From Mobula hypostoma (lineage: Eukaryota): a stretch of 64,000 nucleotides of DNA. The stretch is from assembly GCF_963921235.1 (NCBI RefSeq), contig NC_086109.1, positions 29,142,001 to 29,206,000 of the forward strand, written 5' to 3'. Of the stretch, positions 50,716 to 63,777 are shown piece after piece (position 1 is the first letter of the stretch; the number at the start of each line of letters is the position of its first letter). Made by a program: the position numbers and the translations under genes. The notes under the pieces are model-generated. The model was given only the letters and a program-made list of their open reading frames with translations. It ran no database searches and was not told the origin of the DNA.

Positions 50716-51397
50716 GAAATATATCCAAGTGGAGTTTGACCAATGTGTGAAAGAAAAATGGAGGAAGTGGTCAATAAAAGCACTGGTAGTCTGTCATTCT
50801 GAGTAAGAAGTTTGAGATAGGCATCAACAGATAGTTAGAAAACAACAAAACCAGCTACAGCCTAGGACAGACAGTATATTTACTTTAGTACTGTGAAAGA
50901 ATGTGCAAATTGGCTCTGCAACCATTGAAGGCAGCCTCCTTTTGTGATTTATTCTCAAACCTCTCTTGCAAGAAAGCAAGGAATGTGTTAAAAACACCCT
51001 TCTCAGGCATTTAGAGAATGTACTTGTCATAGTGAACAAGTTGATATGTGGCATCCTACAGTCGGAATGCTAATTATGTTTCAGAGCATCCTGAGGTCAT
51101 GAAAATTGCTATATATATTCGGCTTTGTACCGTTCCCGACATTTACAAATCTGTTGAAGTAGGAACAATAATTTGCAATACAATAATTTTTGGTATGAAA
51201 AGGAGAAGGAATGAATGATGGTGCAGTGACCAGACAAAAGTGATGGGCAACAGCAGAGGGAATATTATGTGTAGTGACGTGAGTGAATGAACACTGTGTA
51301 AGGATACAAATGCTTATCTTAATGATTCTGGTGAGATTGTTCTTACACCATTCCAGCCATTTTCTGTCAGCCAATAACCTAATCACTTTATCGCCCT

Positions 51398-51992
51398 GAG
51401 GTGAGGTGAGGTGAGGTGACATGATGGCCCCCGTCAGTCAGATTTGACTATGGATATTGCTTCCAAGATGTCTAGATACACAAATCTGGGCAGTACAATA
51501 TGGAGAGCAAGCTGTTGCCCATGCAGCAAGCTCCCCCTCTCCACACAACTGATGAACCCATAGGAACAACAGTGACTAGTACTGTATGGTACCAGCAGCA
51601 AGGCAGGAACTCAATGTAGGACTGCCTTAGGGACTCCAGCTCTGGATTTTTTCCATGGGTTTACTCCCAAAGCCTTCCCCATTAGTGGGTATAACTGCAA
51701 GGCAGCAGAGGTTTGAGATCAGAGTTTTCCTTCTCCTAGGTGAGCTGCCAACCACGGCTGATGAGCCCCATCTGCCAGAAGCAACTGGTTTTAGGGCACT
51801 AGTACCTGCCCTTGCCCCTTCTCCTGTCAGTAAAAATGGTTCCGCCGGGCTTAGTAGCTAAGCCACCTGTGAAAGCCAGGAGCTAGGCTTGTTTGTCAGA
51901 GGCTATTAGAGGCACATGCCATTGGGAGCATTTAATAAGTAGTGGGAGCTTGTCCCCCATTAACACCCACTTCCTCGGCTATAACAACCTTA
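51398..51992 (-). mobile_element. RTE-derived non-autonomous element with (CACCT)n tail
   Basis: GGAGAGCAAGCTGTTGCCCATGCAGCAAGCTCCCCCTCTCCAC and GAGTTTTCCTTCTCCTAG resemble RTE 5' regions. (AGGTG)4 at ~51399-51418. Confidence 0.6.
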
Positions 51993-51999
51993 AGGCTCT

Positions 52000-53880
52000 A
52001 CTGCCAATGAAATTATTGAAGCATGAGATTTCAGGGTATTTGAGAGATACATGATAAAGCAGGCCAAAGTCAGCATGGTTTCCTTAAGGGGAAATCTTGC
52101 CTGACAAATCAGTTGGAATTCTTTGAGGAAATAGCCGACACGATGGACAAAGTAGAGTCAATAAATGCTGTGTACTTGGATTTTCAGAAGGCTTTTGACA
52201 AGGTGCAGCGCATAAGGCTGATTAACCATATGGTATTACAGGAAAGGTACTATCATGGATAGAAGATTGGTTGAATGGCAGGAAGCAAGGATGAGAATGG
52301 GAATAAAGGGAGTCTTTTCTGTTAGGCTGCCGGTGACTAGTAATGTTTTGCAGAGGTCAATATTGGGAATGTTTTTTTTCGCACTATATGTAAGTGCTTT
52401 TAGATGGCATAACTGATGGCTTTGTGGCCAAGTTTGCAGATGATACAAGGATAGGTGCAAGGGCAGGTAGTGTTGAGGGAGCAGGGAGTCTGCAGAAGGA
52501 CCTGGACAGATTAGGAGAATGGGCAAAGAAGTGGAAGACGAAATATAGTGTTGGGTTGGGAAGTGTATGGTTATGCACTTTGGTAGAAGCAATAAAGGCG
52601 TAAACTTTTCTCTAAACATGGAGCAAATTCAGAAATCAGAGATGCAAAGGGACTTGGGAGTGTGAGTGCAGGATTTCCTGAAGTTAAACTTGCATGTTGA
52701 GTTGGATGCAGAATAAAAATCAAAGAAAAGTGAAGAAATAATGTACCACCCCAAAGCTATGATTTAAATTGATTAAGCTAAAGCGTTGCAAATTCATTCC
52801 TAATTCTGTTAACACCCAGTAGCATAACGGATTAAAGATTTAATTATGTAACATATTAGGTATGCCAGTTGTGTGGTTTGTGTGTGTACACAAGCTTCAC
52901 TTTTTCATTGAATTGCAACAGTAGTTTCTTCTATTCAGTTACGTGCCTACCTATCTCCTTAAGAATCATTCAAGTTCATTCTCAAACTATTCTGTGCAAT
53001 AACAATGATCAGTATGATGGGCTTTATGGCTTTGTGACAAAATTTTGCAGAAATACAAAGAAAGTTGGAAGAGGAAGCAGGGAGTCTGCAGGACTTGGAC
53101 AGGTTAGGAGAAGGGACAAAGTGGCTGATGAAGTATAGCTTAGGGAAATGTATAATCATGCACTTTGGTAAAGGACTATTTTATAAATAGGAAGCAAACT
53201 CAGAAATCAGAGGTGAAAAGGGACTTGCAAGTCTGAGTGCAAGACCCCATCGGGATCAACTTGCAGGTTGAATCGATGGCAAGGAAGGCAAATGCAATGT
53301 TAGCATGCGTTTTCAGAGGAGTAGAATATAAAAACAAGGATGTAATGCTAAGGGTTTTTAGGGATCCTTGGAGTACTGGAGCAGTTTTGGGCTCCTTAAC
53401 TAAGAAAGGATGAACTGGCATTGGAGATGGTCCAGAAGTGGTTCACAAGAATTTTAGAATTCTGAACAAGAAGTTTAGAAGAATTGTGGGGGCGGGGGGG
53501 CGGGGAATTGAGGGAGAATCTCACTGAAATCTATTGAATATTGAAACGCCTTAATAGAGTGGATGTGGTGAAGATGCTCCCTATAGTGGGGGAGTCTAGA
53601 ACTTGAGGGCACAGCCTTAGAATACAGGGATGTCCCTTTAGCCAAGTGGTGGTGAATCTGTGGAGCTCTTTGCCATGTGCAACTGTGGTGGCAAAGTCGT
53701 TGGGTATATTTAAAACAGACATTGATAGGTTCTTGATTAATCTAAAAGTTATGGAGAGAAGGCTAGAGAATTGGCTTGCGGGGGATAACAAATCAGCCAT
53801 GATAGAACGGCGAAGCAGACCTAATGGGCCAAATGGCCTAATTCTACTCCTGTATCTTGTGATCTTATAGTCCTATGGTC
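52000..53880 (+). mobile_element. Two adjacent CR1 fragments (52000-52700; 53010-53880)
   Basis: QHGFLKGKSCLTNQLEFFE, VAKFADDTRIG, LQKDLDRLGEWAKKW, VVNLWSSLP. Confidence 0.85.
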
Positions 53881-55009
53881 CCATGGAACAAGATCCACTT
53901 TCTCAAAATCTTCTGGTCGCAAAATCAGTACAGAATCTCTGTTGGTTTTATGCTGGATTATCAGACCATAGGATTTCTTTACTAAATCCATCATTTTTAT
54001 TATCTTTAAAATTGTTATCATGCCACCAACACTCATTTGTAGAGAAAAGAGCCCCCAAACTGATAATAAAATTGTTCTTATAGTCATAAACTGGTTTTAT
54101 ATCTTTCTAACCAGTCTTTCTTGTATTTCCTACAATGGCTCTACACCCTTTCAACTCTGTGGTAATCAAGCACATTTCTCTAAGTTACAAAAAGATTAAA
54201 AGGATTCTTACATTACTATTCTCCTTTGTATCACTGAGTCATCTCTCACAAGAGATTAAACTGGAGTTTGTCCAAGTGTGCCTCACCCTCTTTTCACATT
54301 TGGGAAGAATGAAGTGTAGCCCACAGTGGGATTTACAAGACTGTCACTGTGATGTTTTACAGTACTGTAAAACATTTCAGAAACAGAATAAATCAATTGT
54401 GGTATCCAAGATTTTTAACATGTACGCTTAGAAATTCCAGTGTGTTGTGTGCAACATGACACTTTAATTTTCAACATTGAAAATGCACAACCCAAAGCTG
54501 CTTTTTGGTGGTCTGGATCTGGAGGTTGGTGGTCACAGGACCTAGCAGGTCTTGGGAGTGGTCATTATAGAAGTCTGAAGTGTCAGAAGAGTCTTTTGTA
54601 CTTTTGCAAATGAAGGCAAATAACTGAAGTACAAACTATCTTCGTAGGACACATATTGATCATTCCTGGCATGTGTGGACCCAGCAAAGCTCTCTATGTC
54701 TCCAACCTCACCACAAGCCGTGATATTTACCTATGACTCTATTGGTTGTTAGGTATCCTCCCCAAGATATCCTTTGCATGCAAGAACTAGAACAATATAC
54801 AGGAGAAACTGTGGACACTGCTTGCATTTCTGGAGTTCACTAACATATCTGTTACACGCACTGCCTACAATTGTTACCGCCTTTCCTTGAGAATGGTATG
54901 GTCTTTCATCAATTCTATTATGATTATTAGATTTATTAAGTATGCATACTAGAAATTGTAAAATGTAGGATTTTAAAATGTACTTTGATAATAAATTTAC
55001 TTTGAACTT

Positions 55010-55125
55010 TGATGAAGGGTTTCGGCCTGAAACATCGACTGTTTATTCCATAAATGCCACCTGGCCTGCTGAGTCCCTCCAGCATTTTACATCTGGATAT
55101 CCAGGATCTGCAGATCTCTTGTGTT
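55010..55125 (+). mobile_element. Mini-PLE terminus, degenerate hammerhead
   Basis: TGATGAAGGGTTTCGGCCTGAAACATCGACTG followed by the standard tail. Confidence 0.75.
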
Positions 55126-55679
55126 TATGAATACTGTTCTCTGTTTTCTTCAGACTGGATCCTACTACTCGCACAAGCGTTTTCATTGCCATCATAATAT
55201 CTGTAGACTCTTTGGTGTTGTTGCCCACTAAGGCAAATTAAAGAGATGGAGCTGTCAACAATATAACCTCTGCTGAAGGAAATGAGAAACATTTTAATGT
55301 TTTAAAATGTTTATTAAAAGAAACGTCTTTTAATGAGAAACAAATTGCGAAGGAGTATGGATGAAAATGATGGGGATCTAGGACTTGCTTGTTCAATGAC
55401 GTGGCATTGCAGGATCCGGGTAGCAGATCAGGGCCAGGGACTGATGCTAATATTGAGTGTTTCAGTGCAATGTGGGAGAATACCTGAAAAATGAGGATAA
55501 GCTATTTATTCCATGGCAGACATGCTACTCAGTAGCTGAGCTGGCAAGCCCATGGAAGCCCTCTCATGACAATATGGTCCAAGTCCCCCATCGATGGTCC
55601 AAAGGAATCATATGTAACAAATAACTCAGCTCCATCTTGAGCACTAGCCTACAAAGTATGCCGGGCATCTTTAGGGAGC

Positions 55680-56030
55680 GGCATCCCCTTTTCTCACTGT
55701 TACCATCAGGTCGGAGATGCAGAAGCCTGAAGGCGCACACTCAGCAATTCTGGAACAGCTTCTTCCCCTCTGCCATCCGATTCCTAAATGGATATTGAAG
55801 CTTTGGACACTACCTCACTTTTTTAATATACAGTATTTCTGTTTTGCATATTTTTTAATAATCTATTCAATATACGTAATTGATGTACTTGTTTATCTAT
55901 TATGTTTTATTTTATTTATTATTATTATTATTTTCTCTCTCTACTAGATTATGTATTGCATTGAACTGCTGCTGCTAAGTTAACAATTTTCATGTCATAT
56001 GCCGGTGATAATAAACCTGATTCTGATTTG
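55680..56030 (+). mobile_element. Rex1/Babar-like 3' end
   Basis: TTCTCACTGTTACCATCAGG..GAAGCCTGAAGGC..AACAGCTTCTTCCCC. Tail AATAAACCTGATTCTGAT. Confidence 0.72.
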
Positions 56031-56064
56031 AATAACTGTCTGATTAAAGTTTTGGTGCAACAAT

Positions 56065-56250
56065 GGACACACAAAAATGCTGGAGGAACTTTTCAGGTCA
56101 AGCAGCGGCTTCATCTCAATCCTGATGAAAGGTCTGAGCCTGAAATGTTGACTGTTTATTCCTCTCCATGGATTCTGCCTGGTTTGCTGATCTCCAACAT
56201 CTTGTGCGTGTTGCCCTGGACTTCCAGCAACTGTAGGATCTCTTGTGATT
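56065..56250. mobile_element. Palindromic mini-PLE with central hammerhead-like motif
   Basis: Inverted tail arms around CCTGATGAAAGGTCTGAGCCTGAAATGTTGACTG. Confidence 0.7.
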
Positions 56251-57837
56251 ATTACTAGTTACAGCTGCTTCATGCTGGGTGAAAATAAACTGTATTTAGT
56301 GACTAACTTATCTAGGCAAAATGCTTATGTAATCACCCCCAAGAATTTTGAAATAAATTGCGAACTATGAAGATCATATTTCAAAGAAGGGCTTGTACTT
56401 TCGGGAACTTAAGAAAGAAATCAAACAATTCCTCATTCTTTCTTACATTTGAAGCCAAGTGTTAATGAATTGAAATCAAGCATTTAAAATACTTGGCAGG
56501 TCAAATAGCATCTGTGGGGAGTAAAACAGACTATTTTTTCTGGTTAGTGACCTTTCTTGGAATCCTTTATCACCGTATCAAATGATATGCAAGACTATCT
56601 GTTAAACTGTGACTGAATGGGAGCCAAGCACAGTCAATTGATCTGATTATTAAGGTATTTTCTAACTGTTTAACTACCCTGCTCTTTCCTTTTGGCACAG
56701 GTCTGAGAAGCTGATATATATTCAGACGCACACATCTTCATCAGCACTAGGTCAATGTCATCCTCTGATTACCTGATAAGACGTGCACTGCTGCAAGATT
56801 GAAATGACTGGTCAGCATTTTCTCATTCCCGAGAGAGTTATAAATTTCCATGTGCCTCTGCAGCTATTAGCTTTTCTAAGATGTAATACTCAAATTAGGT
56901 GCAAGATAATTCATAAATAGTTTGCAGAGGTGTGCTTGGTGTGCCAAGACACTCTGTACCATTTCAAGCACCTTATGGGCTTCTGACTGCTGCTGCATCA
57001 GAGTTAATTGAATTTCTGGCAGAGTGTGGATTTCTTCATGGACGCACAGACAGACACAGGCACAAAGAGGCCGACACAAAAACGCAAATATGCCCCTGTG
57101 TGCGAACATAAGCATCAACACAAACTCAAGAAGTGTACGCACCCTCACAATTGCATAAATAAAACACACACAACACTAAACACAAATTAATATAATGCAT
57201 GAGCAAGCAAACACAATCACATTCACAGGTGTACACTGTCATGAGTTGCTGCCAAGGATTGCGATGGTCTGATTGATGGTTGAGGACAAAGTTGAGTCAA
57301 GGTTATGATCAGTGGTTGGGTTGGTACTCAGTGCTCAGAAGCAGCTGTCAGTTGAGGATGGGAGAGGTAACCAGGATAGTGGTAGATAGTTGTGGCTGCC
57401 AGCTTGGATTAGCTAATCAATAATTGTGCCTGTGCCAGTATACTTGGGGGATGGGGTTAGAATGAAGGGGGAATAATCATTGCAAGGGATGATAGATTGC
57501 CCTAGAATGGGACCCATGGGTACCTCCCTTAAAACTGACCTAACACTTCCAGCATCGTTATCGTGCATCTTATTTGAATTCCTGATTAACATATACATTT
57601 GATTTTTCATTGAAATTTGACTGTAGAGCATACAAAACGCTGTACCACTGATTCAATTTCTAAGTGGCAGTTGCTAATTGTGGAGTCCAAATTGAATGTA
57701 AAGAGATTATATTTTCAGTGAAAATCAGTCTCAACCCAAGGGTTTCCAGAATACCAAAGAGGTTAGAGCCACAGGTCCTGTTTCCAAAGATCTCAGCGTA
57801 CTAGGTGAGGTGACACATCAAGAGAGCATTATCTATA

Positions 57838-59415
57838 AACAAGAAAACATCTGCAGATGCTGGAAATCTGAATCAACACACACAAAATGCTGCAGGAACT
57901 CAGCAGGCCAGACAGCATCTATGGAAAAGATTGCCACCATCGTGCCAGTGCCAAAGCAGTCCACTGCCATGGGCCAGAATGACTTCCGTCCAGTTGCACT
58001 CACCCCCATCATTGCAAAGTGCTTTGAGAGACTGGTTCTATCACATCTGAAATCCTGTCTGCCCACTATCCTGGACCCCCATCAATTTGCCTATCGCACC
58101 AACGGGTCAACAGAGGACGCCATCTCCATGGCACTTCACTCTGCCCTGACTCACCTGGACAGCCCCGACTCTTATGTCAGAATGCTGTTCATTGACTTTA
58201 GTTCGGCATTCAATACTGTGATCCCCTCCAAGCTGATCGCCAAACTTCGCCAGCTTGGTATCAGCTCCTCCCTCTGCAATTGGACCCTGGGCTTTCTGAC
58301 CAAAAGACTCTAATCAGTTAAGTTAGACAACCTCTCTTCCTCCACTCTCACCCTGAACACCGGTGTGCCTCAAGGCTGTGTGCTGAGCCCTCTTCTGTAC
58401 TCCCTTTTCACCTATGACTGCATACCTGTACATGGTTCTAACTCCATAATCAAGTTCACAGACAACACCATGGTGGTTGGCCTGATCAGAGGGGATGATG
58501 AGATAGCCTATAGGGATGAGGTCCAGCACCTGGCCGCATGGTGTACCGACAACAACATGGCCCTTAACACCCAGAAAACCATGGAGATCATCAGGCATGT
58601 TAGGAGCCACACTCACGTTCCCATCTACATCAACGGAGCTGTAGTGGAGCATGTATCAAGCTTCAAATTCCTTGGTGTCCACATTTCCAAAGATCTCACC
58701 TGGTCCCTGAACTCCTCCATCCTGATCAAAAAGGCGCAATAGCGCCTTTATTTCCTGCAGAACATCAAGAAAGCTCACCTCTGTCCCAGGATACTGACGG
58801 ACTTTTACCGCTGTACCATTGAGAGCATACTCACTAACTGCATCTCAGTGTGGTATGGCAATTGTCCCATATCAGACTGCAAAGCACTCCAGCGTGTGGT
58901 GAAAACCGCCCAGTGGATTATCGGCACTCAGTTGCCCACCATTGAGAACATCTACCATAAACGCTGCCTGGGCAGGGCAAAAAGCATTATCAAGGACGCA
59001 TTTCACCCTAACCATGGACTTTTTACTCTACACCCATCCGGTAGGTGCCTCAGGAGCCTCCGCTCCCGCACCAGCAGGCATAGGAAGAGCTTCTTCCTTA
59101 AGGCTGTGACCATGCCTAAGGGTCCTCACATCACAGCGCTAAGCAGTATTGCACCCGTATTGTACTGTCTCAGTACTTTTATATTTGTGTGCTGTAGCAC
59201 TTACTTCTTATTCGCAGTTATTTTGAAAATAACAATATTCTTTGCATTTCTGGTCAGACGCTAACTGCATTTCATTGGCTTTGTATCTGTACTCGGCACA
59301 ATGACAATAAAGTTGAATCTAATCTAATCTAATCTAATCTAAACAGTCAGTATTTCGGGCCAAAACCCTTCATTAAGCCTCGATGAAGGGTTTTGGCCCA
59401 AAACATTGAACTGAT
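57838..59415. mobile_element. Mini-PLE split by a Rex1 insertion, ending in an inverted hammerhead pair
   Basis: Tail 57838-57930 continues at 59342. Perfect 17-bp arms GGGCCAAAACCCTTCAT (59357-59373) and ATGAAGGGTTTTGGCCC (59383-59399). Confidence 0.72.
57930..59341 (+). mobile_element. Rex1/Babar LINE, 5'-truncated, RT with in-frame stops
   Basis: [61 protein letters not shown]. (AATCT)n tail. Confidence 0.92.
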
Positions 59416-59449
59416 TACGACATTATCTATACTTTGACTTAGATATTCA

Positions 59450-60145
59450 TTTATTTGTTTGCTTGTTTGTTTATTTAGCGATACAGTGCGGAGTAGGCTC
59501 ATCTGGGCCTTTGGTCCAGGCTGCCCCGACAACCCCCGACAAACCTGATTAACCCTAACCTAATCATGAGACAATTTACAATGACCAGTTAACCTCCCCG
59601 GTACATCTTCAGGCTGTGGGAGGAAACCAGAGCACCCAGGGGAAGCCCATGCACTCCATGGGGAGGACGTACAGAACTGTTACAGAATGACATCAGAATT
59701 GAATTCTGAACTCTGGAATGCCCCGAGCTGTCATAGTCACTTGCGCCATCATTGAGGTGGATTTCAGTTCATGAGGCTCTGGTATCAATAAAGGAGAAAG
59801 CGGAACTTGTTCATTGGGGTAAAGATAAAGATAAAGATCAGTTTGATTTGTCATGTGAACTTTGAAACGTCAAAGCATAATGTAAAATGTATCATTTGTA
59901 TCAATGTCCGGGGATATGCTGGGGGCAGCCCATAAGAGCCTGGTGCCATGCTCACAATTTACTTACCCTAACCCATTCATCTTCTGGAATGTGGGAGTAA
60001 ACCGAAGCACCTGGAGGAAACGCATGTGACCTTCGGAAGAACATAAGAATTCCTCACGGACAGCAGTGGGAATTGAACCTCGATCTTCTGATTGTTGGCA
60101 CTCCAAAGGGTGACGCCAGTTGCTATGTTACCCTGCCATTATCTG
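59450..60145 (-). mobile_element. Two V-SINE-like SINEs
   Basis: TGTGGGAGGAAACCAGAGCACCCAGGGGAAGCCCA and TGTGGGAGTAAACCGAAGCACCTGGAGGAAAC..GGGAATTGAACC. Confidence 0.75.
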
Positions 60146-63100
60146 AGGTAAATGTGTGATTACCTATTTTGGTAAAAAAAAGATTTATTAAAAGGTGAAA
60201 GATGTGGCTCAGGGGGATAGAGAGAGATCTTGTACACAGGTCATGGAAAATTAACATGGTAAAGCAGCAATGAGGAAGGAATATATATGTTGGTCTTAAT
60301 TGCAAGCGGAATGGAGGTAAGAGCTGAGTACTACATCAAGTAGTACAATTAGAAAGGTTCCTAGTGAGAACCTGGAATATTTTATGCAGTTGTTGACTGT
60401 CTGTCCAAGGAAGGATAAGTACAGTGAAGATTCACTAAGTTGATTCTTGGGATGTTGGATTTTGTCATCAGAGAAGTATGTGATAGAGATTATGAAAGTG
60501 GTTTCTTTGAAAGAGGCCAGTACAGAGACACTGCAGCAGTCCTGCTGCCTCAGCTTCAGTCACCCAGGTTGGATATTAATTTCTGGTGCTGTCTATGTGG
60601 AGTTTGCATGTCACCCCCTTGGGCTGCATGGGCTGCATTCCATAGGTTGTTAGCTTAAGTGTCCACTGTAAATATCAATGAGTGAGGTTGGATGGTGGGT
60701 AAATTGAATGATGTGGGTGGGGCGCGGTTTATTAATGGGCATGGATGAGAGAACAGGTCATAGGAAAAGCCGGCATAGATTGAGAGGGTTGAATGATCAG
60801 TTAGGAATTACAAAGGTATTAAACATAAAATCCTTACAGAATTTGGCAGGATGTAGTATTTCCACTGCCTGCGGTGACTGGAGCCAGGCATCAGCATTTT
60901 AAAATAAAGACTGAGGTATGATGAGATTTATCACGCATGAGGTAAAGAATTATTGTATTTCTCGATCCAGAACTCACTAAGTACAGTCAACACAAAGAAT
61001 GATAATTCTGCTCTATTCAAGAAATGTGGTGCTGAGGTTGAGATCCATCATACTCATGTTGAGCAGGGATTCAGGCATCAAGAGCTGAATATCCATCTCC
61101 TCCTTATATTTCATGTTATCTTTTACCAACACAGAGAAGATTTTGGCCTGCATTTGTTTGCAGGAGACTAAAGGTCTCATAATATGGTTGCCTTTGTCAC
61201 TGAACCACCTGCTGCTTATTTGCAGTTGTTTTGATGGAACTAACCTGAATAGCAGGTTGTGTCAGTTGAACAAGTTGATCTGCGGTCAATTATCATCTGA
61301 AAAGAAAATCTGGTTTAACCTGTGAATATGTGTCAAGAGCTGTGCAATACTTCCCAAAAGTAAACAGATGCCTGCTGACTGCATCCTTACAGGTGATGAA
61401 GCTACTGATATAGTGCATATGCTGATAACCAGAGAGCAGCTGTTTCCTAAATAGCAACACCAGAAGGACTGAGATGCCGGAGTATGATTTAAAATGCCTA
61501 TATTAGCAATTTCATTCACACTAATAGGCAAGGGAACACGCTGTGATTGCAAATGTTTGCTCTTCAATATGTAGGCTTTTCCAACAGTTAATGTGTCATT
61601 TGCAGTCAAATTTCACAAATACAGCATCAACTAACCAGTAATCTCAGCAGCAGGGACCTGCTCATCACGAGATAGATTTCTACATTAAACTCTATGACCT
61701 TATAATTGTTTTATTTGAATCAATAATTCTCATCAAAAGTAAATAGATCTACCAAACACCACAATTTAAATATTTTCCATTTTGAAATGTTAAATTGGAA
61801 AGATTACTTAATTTATTCACTAAAGCTCACAGCCTAGCCTGTCAATCTTAATAATTTAGGACTGCAGGTCATTGGGTCAGAATGAACATCATCCTGTTTT
61901 TCTTTTCAAATAAGTATAGATCACATATTATGCATAGTTTTCGTTGTGATGTCTGTGGAAGGATCCATTATTTTTCTGCTTTTAGAGAAAATAACTGGCA
62001 ATAGTAAATTACCTCTGAAAATATTTTACGGCTTTTTAAATATTTAAGTAGTTGTTTCATGTTATTGCTTTTAATAGTTTAAAATGGTTTTTAACAAAGG
62101 TAATTCAGTTATGCATTTACTGCAGAAATTTTGCATGATGGATGAATTCACTTTGATTACAATTTTTTTCTGCTTTTGCAAGCTGCTTTAGCAATTAATT
62201 ATATCAAACGCTGCATATGGAGCTCTTTGGAGAAACTCAGACGAATCTTCGATAATATCTCTTAGATTAAGATATGAGAAAGTTTAACTAATAATTTTAA
62301 CTCATCAGTGATTTCAGAAGATTTGTTCTTAGCTCATTAATCTACTCTTGCATGGATGCCATGGTCAAGTGAAATAGAGTGTGCTATGAGCATGCAATTA
62401 TTCCTGGACAATTTATATTATTATTGTTTACAATCAAAATTTAACATATACATTGGGGTGGGAATGGAAAATTACAAGTTGACACAAGTGAAAATCACAC
62501 AATAGTAAAGAAGTTCTTACAGACCTCTAAAATATGAAGAAGAATTTTCAAACCTCTGATAGTATTGTATTTTCAAGATGGACAGAAAAATGAAAGACAG
62601 CAATGAAATGAAAGATAGACCACATGGAGGGATGAGGTAAAGACTGTAGGCATTTAGTACCACGTCAGTTCCTGATAACCTGTTTCCAATTGCTGAATAG
62701 GAAATGCTTTTGTTAATGTGGTGATGAGGAAGGTTTTCTGTTGGTTCCTCTCATCAGCAAAAGTTCAAAGTATACTTATTTTCAAAGTATGTATAAATTA
62801 TACAACCATGAAATTTGTCTCCTTACCGGCAGCCACAAAACAAGAAACCCAAAAGAACCTATGAAAAAAAGACTAATGAACACCCAATGCACAAAAAGAG
62901 AGAGAGAGACAAAAAACACAAATCGCACCAAACAATAAAAGCAAGCTACCGCGTTCAGAACAAAAGTGAATTGTAGACACAAAGCCTGGCGCAGCCAGAG
63001 CAGGCTCGCAGAAAAAGTGATATTAATAAAATATTTAGTTGTATTTCTTGCTTTATGAACCGCCAGTAAACTGTTGCACATCTTCTGTAGCACCATCTTA

Positions 63101-63777
63101 AACTGGAAGTCTTAAAGCATCTCTAAATTCAGATATTACAGTTGCTGAGGAATAAGGTTCAAGTTGAAATGAAGCTTACAGTATAAACAAAAATCCCGGA
63201 ATACTCAACCCAGAACTAGTAGATAGGGAAGTATATTTTAGGTTTCAGATCATTGGAGGAATAATAAAAGATTCTCTAAGTTTCAGGCAAGAACAAGAAT
63301 CAAGGAAGTTGTGAGATTCAATGTCTATGCAAAGACATTGAGACTCAGTGCTTTACTTTGCTGCAAAGCAGGCAGATCACAAGACTCTACAGTCCAGTTG
63401 GATATTAATATGAATGCAAAATGGCTACAGAGAAAACAGCATTGACTTGCTTAATAATAAAATATCTGCTCCTAAAGTAACAATTTACATCAGTATACAG
63501 ATTTAATATAAATCTAGTCTAGTATCCAATTATCATTTTTTTTGATCTTACAATTTTGTTATCAGATCCAGTTTTGAATTCTTTGGGTCTGGATTTGAAC
63601 TCAAAGTAGGCTTCCTTAATTCTTTTATCAAACCAATGGGATTTGATATTTCACTTTCTGGGTCTAAATCTAACATGATATAATAGAACCATGCGTGATA
63701 GAATGGTGCAACATACAGACATGTGTCATTTCTAACCGTGAAGGTTTTGTCAACTTGGCCATTTCTAAAGGGTATAC

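Noticed and set aside
51810..51992. HDV-like ribozyme at the 5' end of the RTE-derived element
   Set aside because: Partial pairing on the minus strand (CTCCTG/CAGGAG after CTGA), but I could not build a consistent P1/P1.1. None was found for 30225-30610 either. Needs a covariance search.
54731..54786. Short minus-strand exon candidate (ttctag|...|gtaaat)
   Set aside because: Splice-like signals only, with no recognisable peptide. Expected by chance in 64 kb.
680..59415. CRISPR-like or satellite array from the recurring CAGCATC/GATGCTG motifs
   Set aside because: Copies are dispersed, in both orientations, with individual TSDs. Eukaryotic context with no regular spacers.
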